Source: a virus
Lineage: Duplodnaviria > Caudoviricetes
Strand: one strand, 5' to 3'
Length of the DNA: 56,978 nt
Virus record (IMG/VR): IMGVR_UViG_3300003279_000006
Span: 1 to 56,978 of that record
Position numbers and translations under genes: made by a program. The notes beneath the pieces are model-generated. The model ran no database searches, was not told the DNA's origin, and saw only the letters and a program-made list of their open reading frames with translations. Below, one piece after another: positions 36,459 to 45,722 of the stretch. How positions within the stretch are numbered: position 1 is the stretch's first letter; each line of letters begins with the position of its first letter.

Positions 36459-36501
36459 CCTTGCCCACCAGTCAACCATTGAACAACCCATCTTCCCACT
36501 G
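36459..36501 (+). repeat. operator-like element copy 4
   Basis: CCTTGCCCACCAGTCAACCATTGAACAACCCATCTTCCCACTG. Confidence 0.75.
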
Positions 36502-36517
36502 ATTCTATCCATCACAG

Positions 36518-36766
36518 TCATGATCCGTCCAGATTGTCGTCGGGCATATTGACCCTTTCAACGGCGTGGAAGGTCCGGTAGCCAGGGCCGATGGACCACT
36601 GAATGGTGCCGGGTTTCACAGGCACCATCGCGTCTCTGGCGACGTCTAGGATCCAGCCGGAACGGCGCGCATGGACGAGGGCTTTCTTTGCCTTGCGCCT
36701 GGACATGCTGGTAATAGCGTGTGCTGTCAGCAGGCCTTCGGCGAACCAGTAGCGGTGTTGTTTCAC
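36518..36766 (-). CDS. hypothetical protein
   Basis: GTGA-coupled; last gene of the leftward block. Confidence 0.55.
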   Translation of the reverse strand: MKQHRYWFAEGLLTAHAITSMSRRKAKKALVHARRSGWILDVARDAMVPVKPGTIQWSIGPGYRTFHAVERVNMPDDNLDGS

Positions 36767-37092
36767 GGCGTGCTCTCCGGCGAGGCTTTTTGTGCGTCCA
36801 GCGCGGCCATGGCTTCGCGGGTGGTGAAGTGCTGGCCGTAATTCTCCCCACGAAAATCGGCGCACCACTTCCCGTCTAGTTCATACACGGTTGGGTCGCG
36901 CAAAACCGGGTGGTCGCCTTTGCGCGCCTCCGTCCACCGCCACCCCTCCGGCAGTTCCATCGCCTCCAGCGCGGAGGCGAGGCGGCGGATTTCGGACAAA
37001 GCTGCACGGTAGATGCCGTTGGTGTCGTATTTCGCCGCGACCTCTAGCCTCTTGACGATTTCAAACGCGCCGATCATGTCCCGCTCGCTCAT
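36763..37092 (-). CDS. hypothetical protein
   Basis: GGAGG RBS; ATGA coupling. Confidence 0.65.
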   Translation of the reverse strand: MSERDMIGAFEIVKRLEVAAKYDTNGIYRAALSEIRRLASALEAMELPEGWRWTEARKGDHPVLRDPTVYELDGKWCADFRGENYGQHFTTREAMAALDAQKASPESTP

Positions 37093-37496
37093 GCCCTTAC
37101 CTCCGGTGGTTCCATCCAAACATCTGGCCACTGATGCGGCTGGGTCGGCGCGCCGTAGTTGGCCGTGCCTGAGTTCTGCCACGCATGGCGGGTGGTGGGT
37201 GTCCAGTCGGCGCGGCTGACCAGCAGGCGGACCAGGGCCACATCGTAAAGCTGCCCCTCATCCGTCCATCCGGCGATGATCAGTTTCCCGACGGGCGCCG
37301 TCTCAATCGGCTGCCACGTCTCCAGCACCATGCCGGCAGCCTCATCTGAGGCGCGCATGGCGCGGACATCCTCAACCCACAGGGGCCAATCTCTGTCTTC
37401 CAGAGATTGGTGTTGCTGCGGGGTGATGGTGTCCCCAAACGATCTGATGCCGTGTGCGCGAGTCATTGCCCGCGCCCGCCTCTCATCCGTGTTCAT
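37089..37496 (-). CDS. WQPIETAP-motif (DUF551-like) phage protein
   Basis: WQPIETAP..WMEPPE. Confidence 0.65.
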   Translation of the reverse strand: MNTDERRARAMTRAHGIRSFGDTITPQQHQSLEDRDWPLWVEDVRAMRASDEAAGMVLETWQPIETAPVGKLIIAGWTDEGQLYDVALVRLLVSRADWTPTTRHAWQNSGTANYGAPTQPHQWPDVWMEPPEVRA

Positions 37497-37697
37497 GGCT
37501 GTCTCCGTAGGTTGCGGATGGCTGCAATATCTCACTCGCTCGGCATCACGGCGAGGGCGGCAGAGAGGTCACGTCTGGCCCATTTGCGAAACACACTTCT
37601 TTGCTCTTCAGGAAAGACTGTCCATTTAATCTCCCGCCCAGGCTCAGGAGCCGTCCATTGCAGATATCGTGACGCGCAATAAGCCTCCACCATATCG

Positions 37698-38222
37698 TCA
37701 GTCGATTCCATTGTCCACCTCCTTGGCGACGGCGCGCCAGCCGTTCCACAATTCCGGCCCTAGATCGCACCACATCTCCTCTTTTGAGGAGAATTTACCC
37801 GGTGTCATTATTGAATAAAACTCCCACGCCACCCGCTTCGCTTCCGCATCCGGGTCTACCTTCGGCAGCGGCTGGGCAAGGCGGTGGGCTACGCGGGCGG
37901 CATCATTTCGCCGGATAAGCTCCGTGTTCCCAAATGCCTTACGCCACTGTTCCTCCGTCCACCCGTAGCACTGCGGCAACTCCACCTCTGCCGGCGCGCG
38001 GCGGAAGTGGCGGAGGGCGGCGAGGATTATATCCATCGTCGATAACAACTGAACGGTGTTCGGGTTGGTGTTATACCACGCGAGAATCTCCTCCCGCGTC
38101 GGCTCCGGGCCGCAGAGTAGGGCGCGGGCGCGGTCAGCGACGGCTATCCACACAGATTGAGCGTCAAGCGATCCCGGCGCCAACATCGCGGCCCTACGCA
38201 GTTCCTTCCACAACTCATTCAT
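37698..38222 (-). CDS. hypothetical protein
   Basis: AAGGAG RBS; MNELWKELRR.. Confidence 0.65.
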   Translation of the reverse strand: MNELWKELRRAAMLAPGSLDAQSVWIAVADRARALLCGPEPTREEILAWYNTNPNTVQLLSTMDIILAALRHFRRAPAEVELPQCYGWTEEQWRKAFGNTELIRRNDAARVAHRLAQPLPKVDPDAEAKRVAWEFYSIMTPGKFSSKEEMWCDLGPELWNGWRAVAKEVDNGID

Positions 38223-38502
38223 AGCCTTGCTCCTTGGCGTGGGTGAGGGCGGTGCGGGCGCCGTCGATAACATCTGCGATTGGACGCGCGGCATCGCCAT
38301 CAATTCGATCTGCGTGGTTTGTGATTACCAGCCACCATTTGCTGACATTCTTCAGCGCCCCCACCAGTTCCCGGATCAGCGTGTTCTGCGCTTCGAGGGT
38401 GGCGGCGGCTTCGGTGCAGGCGGAATATTCGTTGCACTCCTTGTTGCCGGTTGCTTTGTAACTCCATGCAATCTGTTTCAATTGCTTTACCAGGTCATCC
38501 AT
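38215..38502 (-). CDS. hypothetical protein
   Basis: MDDLVKQL..CTEAAATLE pattern typical of small phage accessory genes. Confidence 0.65.
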   Translation of the reverse strand: MDDLVKQLKQIAWSYKATGNKECNEYSACTEAAATLEAQNTLIRELVGALKNVSKWWLVITNHADRIDGDAARPIADVIDGARTALTHAKEQGYE

Positions 38503-39004
38503 TCCCTTCTTCCTTTTCCAGCGCGGCAAACACCGCCGCAAAACCGCAGAGAACAGCGCCGAAAACATTAAGACTGGACATAATCGGCAGTGTTGAATAA
38601 TGAAAAACGGCCAGCCCTGCGTTAACTGAGCTCAAATAAGCCTGTATGTATTTCCATTTCATAACTTCTCTTCCTTCTCCAGCGCGGCGATGGCGGCGGC
38701 GCCCAGACGTTCCCAGAAGTCGCCAGCCTTGAAATGCGGGCCATGCCGCCAATCAATGTGGATGTCGTGTTCATCCTTCAGGATGTCACGGATACGTAGT
38801 CCAACCGTCGCCCTCCAGCCGGGCGGGATTTCTTCAGGCATCTGGGTTCTCCTTCATCTTCACGTCCGCAACTTTCAGCAGGGCGGTGAGGGCGGCTTGT
38901 GCATCTAGGCACAAATCGGACTGCAAACGAAAGCCTAAACCGTGTCTGTGGCGCAGCGCCTTCTCCATCACCTCCACAGCTTTGCGGCGTTCGGCGGGGG
39001 TCAT
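38495..39004 (-). CDS. three small coupled ORFs (38495-38662 membrane, 38659-38841, 38834-39004)
   Basis: Overlapping start/stop codons with GGAG RBSs. Confidence 0.55.
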
Positions 39005-40218
39005 TCCAGCATTCCTTCCTGTCTTGGCAGTGGTTTGTAGGTCGTCGTCCCGGCGAAGCGTTCCATCAGCCCGGCCCGTTCCGCAATCTCGATCATCTTG
39101 ATGATCCGATCGGAGGGTATTCGTGCAGCCAGCCAACTGACAATCTCCTGCTCGCGGATCGGCATTTGCTTCCGCATTTGCCAGTGTGCAACCAGATAAT
39201 GATGAAGTTCTTCGAGGATCGCCGCGTCGGATTTCCCGATCATGGCTCGGAAAATATCCGGCATCAGTTGCTCAATCTGGATCAACCAGGTGATCGCCCT
39301 CTCCACGTCGATGAGTTCCACCTGCTCGAACGATCGACGAGAGATTGCGGAGACGATTGTGAGTTTGAGCGCGTGCAGCGTCCGGCGACGGACGTAGTGA
39401 ACAAGGCGAGAATGTGTCGGAGTTGGTGGACCCCCAGCGAGGTGCCACTGGCGTAGCCTCTCCCGGGCGGGCTCCGTCCAGGCAAGTTCCCCGTAGACCT
39501 CGGAGATTTCCCCCAATCGTTTCACGATGGCACTTCGTGCCTGGTCCGTTGCAGCGTTGTCGGCGAAAATATCTAGCAGGGGCGCATCCGAACAGTAGAC
39601 CATCAACATCCGGCTGGTAAGCCCCGTGCTCCAGGCTTCCTCCGGAAAGACGGACTTGAGCCAGCCAGGTTGGGCCCCACCCAGGATGTTGAGTTGAGCA
39701 TACTCGATTTCGACCTCCCGGACACTCCCGGTTCGCCTGCTCTCAGCATAAGGCGTATTCGGGTTGTTGTAGATTTTATTCAGCACCCCGATATACTCCA
39801 GATCGTAGGCGGGGAGCATAACACTGAACTCCTCCGCCGCGATCAGGAGGGAATGGTAAACCAGCGGGCCGGTGAGACCTTTCAGCAGTTTGTTCGTCTT
39901 CGCTCGGGCGAGGTTGTCGACCAGTGATGCCTTGGTCATCGAGTCGGGTGCGACTTTGAAGGCCTGGGAACGTGTGCTCGGACTTTGGGCCTCGTTCCAG
40001 AGCTCGCGAGCATCCTCAATCACTTGTTTGCCCACTCCAGGTGGGGCGACCAGCAAAGTGTAGAGGTTCGGAAATGTGACATTCCGCCCACTCCGCAGCC
40101 AGACCCTTCGCTCGCACGCCCCGGCGACCAGAGCAATTCCCGTCCAGAGCCGAAAGAGTTCTGGCGAAAGCGCCCCCTCGGTGAATGCCATGTAATCCTG
40201 GATGAAATCCTCGGACAC
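39001..40218 (-). CDS. DUF3987/YfjI-like P-loop ATPase (putative replicative helicase)
   Basis: PNLYTLLVAPPGVGK, AEEF, LNILGGAQP, GLTSR; C-terminal winged-helix-like region. Confidence 0.75.
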   Translation of the reverse strand: MSEDFIQDYMAFTEGALSPELFRLWTGIALVAGACERRVWLRSGRNVTFPNLYTLLVAPPGVGKQVIEDARELWNEAQSPSTRSQAFKVAPDSMTKASLVDNLARAKTNKLLKGLTGPLVYHSLLIAAEEFSVMLPAYDLEYIGVLNKIYNNPNTPYAESRRTGSVREVEIEYAQLNILGGAQPGWLKSVFPEEAWSTGLTSRMLMVYCSDAPLLDIFADNAATDQARSAIVKRLGEISEVYGELAWTEPARERLRQWHLAGGPPTPTHSRLVHYVRRRTLHALKLTIVSAISRRSFEQVELIDVERAITWLIQIEQLMPDIFRAMIGKSDAAILEELHHYLVAHWQMRKQMPIREQEIVSWLAARIPSDRIIKMIEIAERAGLMERFAGTTTYKPLPRQEGMLE

Positions 40219-40235
40219 GAAACGTGCGCTACCAT

Positions 40236-41765
40236 CTACTGACTAAATCCTATTCTCTGCAAGCCGGTTTTCCGGACTCGCGTGTCGGGGACTCGAAGGT
40301 TCCATTTCCGAAGCCCTTCTGGGTTCGTGACTGCACCGAACTTGTCTTTGCCGACGTAGCCCCAGTTCCAACCGATCTTGGCCTCACCAGGGACGACATA
40401 CCGGCGATTGCCGTGGCGGAGTTCGATCTTGAGAAGCTCAAGTGCTTGTTGAATAATGGTGTTTTCGTCGTCGGACTCACGGTATTGGAAGGTGATTGAG
40501 TCGAAAGTTTGAGCAAGCAGCTGGACCTGGGGCATCTTGTGCCAGACTCGCCACAGTCCCAGGTTCATCCGGTCGCCGGTCGTGGACTGAGGGAGAAAGG
40601 CAATTGCCTCTCGGAGTGTGGTATCGTCCCCAGGTCTGCCGAAGAAATGTCGCCGACGCCCGAAGGGTGTCACCAGCTGGTGAGTTGTCTGCAACTGCGT
40701 TGCGACCCATTGCCACCAGCGAGGGATGCACGGAAACGCGGCCTCGGGGCCTTTACAGTATCGGTATTGGAAATCCTCGGCCAGCTTGGGTGGAATTTTG
40801 AGAGAACGGGCCATCGTCCAGTGTTGGCCGTAGTAATTGCTGAGGTGGCTCCCCCGCTTTGCCATGTCCCGATAGCTAAAGTCCCGGTAGAACAACTGGT
40901 CCGCCATGGCACGTCGAGCCCGGGGATCCTCCGGCCAACCGAGTTCCTTCCAAATCAGCACCGCGTTGTTGGTGTGGAGGTCGCCGGACTCGCAAGAATC
41001 GAGGTAGGACCAGTCATCGAAGAGCATCCCACAGAAGAACCCAACGTCCCGGGCCTCGACCTGTTCCAGGTCGATGACGCAGAGTTTCCAGCCGGGGTCA
41101 GCCTCAAATATATAGCGAAGCGCCGGGGCGATGTTCTGGGCGTTCCCCCCGGTGCCGAAGGCATTCTGACTCGACGACGGCCTTCCCGTCTCGGTCCCGG
41201 CGATGTTGTAACTCGTTCGGAATCGGCCATCGGAGTCAATCTCCGTCTCCATCACGTCGAGTTGCTTCCCAATATCCCGAAGGGTGAGGATACTCGACGT
41301 GAACGGTCGGGCGAGCATGTATTGCTCGAGTTTCTCCAGGGCCTCTCGATTGGTCGAGACTCGGCGGACACCTTTCTGGGAGACCGTGACTTCCGGGAGT
41401 CGCATCGCTGAGTAGAAAAAATCTTTCAACTGTGCAGGGGACCTCGGATTCAGCCCCCGCCCCCAAACCGCAATGGCCATCTGATCCAGGCCACGTTGGA
41501 GCTTCCCCATCCGGGTGTGCAGCCCCGCTGCAGCATGGGCTCTCGCCCCCCTATTCACCAGAAACCCCCGCTGCATAATCTCCAGATACGGACCTTGCAG
41601 TGCCCGCTCGAAGGAGTAGATACTCGGCAGCTGGTTACCGATCTTGCCCAGTTCGTCTCTGACCTCCAGCGTAACCATGGAGTCCAGACCGCAGTAGACC
41701 TGCAACCCGATGTTGGAGGAGAAGACTGAGTCTTGGGTGATCTGGTCAGTTTGGACGTAGGGCAT
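40236..41765 (-). CDS. polA: family A DNA polymerase, C-terminal subunit (ExoIII plus polymerase domain)
   Basis: YCGLD; NPRSPAQL; GTETGRPSS; DLEQVEAR (A); RDMAKRGSHLSNY (B); TPFGRRR; QTFDS (C). Confidence 0.93.
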   Translation of the reverse strand: MPYVQTDQITQDSVFSSNIGLQVYCGLDSMVTLEVRDELGKIGNQLPSIYSFERALQGPYLEIMQRGFLVNRGARAHAAAGLHTRMGKLQRGLDQMAIAVWGRGLNPRSPAQLKDFFYSAMRLPEVTVSQKGVRRVSTNREALEKLEQYMLARPFTSSILTLRDIGKQLDVMETEIDSDGRFRTSYNIAGTETGRPSSSQNAFGTGGNAQNIAPALRYIFEADPGWKLCVIDLEQVEARDVGFFCGMLFDDWSYLDSCESGDLHTNNAVLIWKELGWPEDPRARRAMADQLFYRDFSYRDMAKRGSHLSNYYGQHWTMARSLKIPPKLAEDFQYRYCKGPEAAFPCIPRWWQWVATQLQTTHQLVTPFGRRRHFFGRPGDDTTLREAIAFLPQSTTGDRMNLGLWRVWHKMPQVQLLAQTFDSITFQYRESDDENTIIQQALELLKIELRHGNRRYVVPGEAKIGWNWGYVGKDKFGAVTNPEGLRKWNLRVPDTRVRKTGLQRIGFSQ

Positions 41766-41788
41766 TCGAGGGGCCTTCGGCTAGAAGT

Positions 41789-42178
41789 TCAGTCTTGGTT
41801 CCATGGTTTGAACGCGCGGAGCGCACTCGGGCGAAGCCGTTCCCAGTTTCCTCCGAAGCAAATCGCCCGGTCGTCGATGGTCAGGAAGGCCGGAGGCTTC
41901 TCGTTCGCGAACTCCCACTTGAAAGTCGTGCCGTGGGCAAGTCGGACTGGTGATGCCCACTTGGTTTCTTGCTCGGCAAGCCAGCGAGCCATGGCAGCAA
42001 TCCCTTCCGGGGTCTTGGACCGGCTTGAGTAGATGACCAGGCGGAACTGGGCTTCCGCCTCAAACGCCCATTCGAAAAATCCTGGTGTGACATCGTCATA
42101 GATCACTCCGTCCTGCCAACCTTTCGAGTAACGATGGATGACCCCGTCGAAGTCCAGGCATAGAATCGGCTTGTTCAT
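41789..42178 (-). CDS. HAD-superfamily phosphatase
   Basis: [21 protein letters not shown]. Confidence 0.85.
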   Translation of the reverse strand: MNKPILCLDFDGVIHRYSKGWQDGVIYDDVTPGFFEWAFEAEAQFRLVIYSSRSKTPEGIAAMARWLAEQETKWASPVRLAHGTTFKWEFANEKPPAFLTIDDRAICFGGNWERLRPSALRAFKPWNQD

Positions 42179-42423
42179 TGTTTGATTTCCCTGCAAAGCA
42201 CCGGGCCGCGAGAACGGCCTGGAATGCTGGATTGAATTTTCATCCGGGCAGTGACACAGGCATCCAGGGACGTGAAACGTCCCTGCTCCTCCCATGCGAA
42301 GCATGCCCGTTCGTAGGCGATCATGGGCTCGGAGCCTAGGCACACCCCGAGGACGAGTTCAAAGATCAACTTGGCGGTCCTCCCATCCAGTTGGACAAAG
42401 TCAACACCAGGGAGACCCACCAT
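42175..42423 (-). CDS. hypothetical protein
   Basis: ATG start; stop overlaps the HAD start. Confidence 0.45.
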   Translation of the reverse strand: MVGLPGVDFVQLDGRTAKLIFELVLGVCLGSEPMIAYERACFAWEEQGRFTSLDACVTARMKIQSSIPGRSRGPVLCREIKQ

Positions 42424-42502
42424 TTGAGAATTTCGAGCCCAAACCAGCCGACGAAAGTTCCCCAGACAAAGAATAGAATGTTCGTCAGGATTGGAAATTT
42501 TC

Positions 42503-43420
42503 TCACAGGTCCGCTTCCCCCCTAAAGCCCTTGAACACCGGATGCCTGGGCAGGTCCTTCACCCCAGCGGGGAGATACTTCACTACCACGGTTCGGCCAA
42601 CGAGTTTGGCTCGGGAAGCCCAGAATTCGGCCCGTTGGGCCGAGGTAAATCCGGTTCCAATCTGGAAGCGCTCCCCTGGGAACGGACTGTTGTCCAGGCC
42701 AATGACTGTCAGGGCCCCCATCACCCCGGATGGGGTCTGGTTGGCCTGGTGGCTTGAGCGGGTTGTCAGCCCTAGTTCCGACACCGTCTTCTCGTTGTCG
42801 TTGTGCATCAGCTCGATCATCCCAACGATCTTGGCCTCGAAATCCGCGAACCTCTTGACCTTGACCATCCCCTGCTCCCGCCACGTCGAGCGATTTTGCT
42901 TATACCCCCCGGATGGGGAACGGAGAATCAGTCCTTCATAACCAAAGCCAATCTTGGCCTCTTCCTCGGCTTCCAGCTGGATTGGATTAATAATCTTGGA
43001 TTGCGGCAGCACCCGGACTCGAATCCCCGCTGCGCCAAAGTCCATGCCAAACAAACTTAGGTTCCGGACCTCGAACTGGGCTCCGCCCTGGTCCCAGCGG
43101 TCAAAAACCAGATAAGTAAAGTCCGGTTCTCCGTCATGGGACATCAGGCCACTTACCGACCGAGTATAACAGTCCCCCGCCGTGGGTTCCCCGATGACCA
43201 GTTCCCCGTCCAGACCATTCAGGACTTTCGCATGCTGTTCGAAGAACCTCTGCACGGAGCGATTTGGAATCAGTTTCATCGTTCGGCTTCGCGCCCGGCC
43301 GTTCATTGCCAAGCAGCGAAGCCCGTCGATCTTCGGCGAAGCCCAAACCGGGAAGCGAAGCTCCGCCACTGGTCCCATCTGGGCTGCCAGCATTGGCCGG
43401 AACGGACGAAGCGGGTCCAT
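42503..43420 (-). CDS. minimal ATP-dependent DNA ligase
   Basis: SPKIDGLR, LDGEL, VFD, YEGLILR, KVKRF, IGTGFT, PRHPVF. Confidence 0.95.
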   Translation of the reverse strand: MDPLRPFRPMLAAQMGPVAELRFPVWASPKIDGLRCLAMNGRARSRTMKLIPNRSVQRFFEQHAKVLNGLDGELVIGEPTAGDCYTRSVSGLMSHDGEPDFTYLVFDRWDQGGAQFEVRNLSLFGMDFGAAGIRVRVLPQSKIINPIQLEAEEEAKIGFGYEGLILRSPSGGYKQNRSTWREQGMVKVKRFADFEAKIVGMIELMHNDNEKTVSELGLTTRSSHQANQTPSGVMGALTVIGLDNSPFPGERFQIGTGFTSAQRAEFWASRAKLVGRTVVVKYLPAGVKDLPRHPVFKGFRGEADL

Positions 43421-43818
43421 CAGTATTTCTTCCCGCCGAGCGCAGCCCGGACTGCATGGGTGTGATCGGCCCGGCGGGCATTATACTCCATCTTCTCTCG
43501 AAACGCCCCGGCGAGGTCCAGACCCAGGCCACCTGCAAAGTCGAACAGGCGGATCAAACAGTCCGCGATTTCGACCTCGACTCCGGGACGATGCGGCAGA
43601 TGATCGTCCATCTTCCCCTTCCGATGGGCTTCCATGGCTTCGGCCAGCTCGCTCACCGAAAGCATCAGAAGTTCCCCGACGTTCCGATGGATCGGTGCGC
43701 CCGTGTGAATATCCTGCCACCACTTCATATTCGCCTGGTGACAGACATTGGTCAGCACACGTATGAAGCCCTCGATAGAGGCTGGGTCGTAGTGGGTGGT
43801 TGTGGGCTGCTGCTCCAT
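43420..43818 (-). CDS. MazG-like nucleotide pyrophosphohydrolase
   Basis: SELAEAMEA..EVEIADCLIRLFD..KMEYN. Confidence 0.88.
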   Translation of the reverse strand: MEQQPTTTHYDPASIEGFIRVLTNVCHQANMKWWQDIHTGAPIHRNVGELLMLSVSELAEAMEAHRKGKMDDHLPHRPGVEVEIADCLIRLFDFAGGLGLDLAGAFREKMEYNARRADHTHAVRAALGGKKY

Positions 43819-43820
43819 GG

Positions 43821-44114
43821 TCAGACTTCCTTCTGCTGAAGTTCAAGTGCTTTCACGGCTTCGACTACCAGTTCCAGCCGTGACTCCCGCTCGGCCAGCT
43901 GCACCAGCAGGAACATCTTGGCCACATCGCTGGAGGACAGTCCAATCTCGTGGCCCGTATGGGCGGAGAGGTAGGCTTCCCAGAGTTGGGAAATCCGGAT
44001 ATACTGGGACTCGAAGTCCGGACTCATTGCCAGCTTCGCCCTGGAAAGACAGTATTCCGGCCCGGACTCTTCGGGAAGTTCCGTCGTGCGCTGGCGGTTC
44101 GTTTGCTTTGCCAT
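43821..44114 (-). CDS. DUF6378-like protein
   Basis: RISQLWEAYL..DVAKMFLL pattern. Confidence 0.55.
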   Translation of the reverse strand: MAKQTNRQRTTELPEESGPEYCLSRAKLAMSPDFESQYIRISQLWEAYLSAHTGHEIGLSSSDVAKMFLLVQLAERESRLELVVEAVKALELQQKEV

Positions 44115-44142
44115 CTTCAGTCTCTTTCCTGTTGTCGTTGAC

Positions 44143-44562
44143 TCAGAGTTTCATCATCAAGGCTTTGAAGAGTATCCTGGCGGAGTCCAAGTCTGGGACT
44201 CGGGAGACCAGCGGGTGGTATTGCCAGGTCCCGAAGTCCGGGTGTTCCCCGACTACGACCACTCGCTGCCGCAGGGCCAAGGCCATCCCCGCCTCGACCA
44301 GGGCGCCACGGAGCTTGTCCTCGGGCTCCGCATAAACCAGCACGGCATCTGCCGATCGGATGTCCGCCAGGTCGTGTTCCCAGAACACACTGGCGAAAGC
44401 CGGCTCATCCGGGACGGTCCCGACATGGAGAGTCGGCCACCGAGCCGTGAAGTGGATTTCCGGCCACTCGAGACGAAGCCTCTTCCAGAGATCAGCATGG
44501 GCGATCTTACTCGCCCCGTAGACCGAGTATTTATCCTCCCGTTTCAGCAGCGCCATGGTCAC
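44143..44562 (-). CDS. nucleoside 2-deoxyribosyltransferase / dNMP N-hydrolase-like protein
   Basis: YGAS; DLADIRSADAVLV; GALVEAGMALA. Confidence 0.8.
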   Translation of the reverse strand: MTMALLKREDKYSVYGASKIAHADLWKRLRLEWPEIHFTARWPTLHVGTVPDEPAFASVFWEHDLADIRSADAVLVYAEPEDKLRGALVEAGMALALRQRVVVVGEHPDFGTWQYHPLVSRVPDLDSARILFKALMMKL

Positions 44563-45722
44563 TCATCCTTCTTTACTGTGTCAGCCTTCGGCCGACGCAT
44601 TAGTTTCCAACTGGCTTCGTTCGTATAGATGGAACCGAGGAACCCCAGCCCCTTCTGCATTTCCGGAAAAAACGAGTGATGCAGCAGCATGGTGTCCTCG
44701 ACACAGCGGGTTGGGAAAATCCCCATCGAGGTGAGATACTGAAGATCGTAGATGAAATTCTGCCCGACCTTCGGACAATCCAGGGTTAACATGGTCTTGA
44801 CTGCTGACCAAGCCCGCAGCTCGATTTCGTCCGTCGGCCAGTAGGACCCGGTCGGATTGTCCAGGTCCACAAACGGAATAACAATGGCTTCGGCAACCGA
44901 GGCGGCAAAACTAATACACTTAATCATCCCTTGCCCAGTCTCAATGTCCGCAGCCAGAAGTGCAGGTGGCCGACGAAGCCACCGTTCCTCCCATTCGAGC
45001 ACCTCATCCAGAGTCGGGTTGACCAGCACTCGCCGGGCGGGTCTACGAATCTCCGGATATTCTGCCTCCCGGCTCGCCTTGATCAAATCCGCCACGACGA
45101 TCGGACGCCAGGACCACTGGCGCATCACCCCGGCGGGATGGTATGTCGGCAGGACTTTGAACTTCCGGCCGGAAGGTCCGAAGGGCCTGGACTCCGCCAC
45201 CGCCCCCCTGATCGACCCGATATTCGTCGCGTGGAGAAGTGCCCAGCAGGCCGTGTTCCCCATCGCGACGATTAGGTTCGGCGACAGTTGCAGGATTTCT
45301 TCCTCCAATCGGGTTAGTTCTGGCAGAAACTCGTCCCGGAGATAGCGTCCCCGTTGGATCGCTGGCAGGGCGCCTGCGGCGCTCCCGACTTCGGTGCGCT
45401 TTGAACTGATGTGTTCGATATTATTGCTGGGCGGGCGAAATGCCAGGACGTTGGTCATTCCAATCCCTGCGGCAGCAAGCCACTCGGAGCGATGTCGAAT
45501 CCAGGCGTTGTCGTATTTGAACATCGAGACGGCTTCGCCATGAAGCTCCGGGGCGATCCCACTCATAGCCTCTCCCAGCATAAGCCACAGTTCCCTCCCG
45601 GAATACCCGACGAAAGGCTGTCGGGCCTGGGCTTCGCTCTCGCCCCAGGCTTCCCCGACCAGGAGAATCTTCGGTGACTCCGGCCCGGCATAGGCCGCGA
45701 ATGCTGGCAATGCCTGGTGCAT
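44559..45722 (-). CDS. family-4-like uracil-DNA glycosylase fused to a partial 3'-5' exonuclease (N-terminal polymerase subunit)
   Basis: VGEAWGESE..PFVG, TNV, TYHPA; then ADIET (ExoI), GQNFIYD (ExoII), DTMLLHH. Confidence 0.88.
   Translation of the reverse strand: MHQALPAFAAYAGPESPKILLVGEAWGESEAQARQPFVGYSGRELWLMLGEAMSGIAPELHGEAVSMFKYDNAWIRHRSEWLAAAGIGMTNVLAFRPPSNNIEHISSKRTEVGSAAGALPAIQRGRYLRDEFLPELTRLEEEILQLSPNLIVAMGNTACWALLHATNIGSIRGAVAESRPFGPSGRKFKVLPTYHPAGVMRQWSWRPIVVADLIKASREAEYPEIRRPARRVLVNPTLDEVLEWEERWLRRPPALLAADIETGQGMIKCISFAASVAEAIVIPFVDLDNPTGSYWPTDEIELRAWSAVKTMLTLDCPKVGQNFIYDLQYLTSMGIFPTRCVEDTMLLHHSFFPEMQKGLGFLGSIYTNEASWKLMRRPKADTVKKDE

Noticed and set aside
41766-44558. Intron or split intein explaining the polymerase split
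   Set aside because: The gap is filled with ordinary coupled genes; no intein terminal residues or group I/II motifs are visible
40236-44562. Z-base (2-aminoadenine) genome system
   Set aside because: A MazG-like gene and an atypical PolA are present, but no PurZ or HD-domain dATPase was recognised
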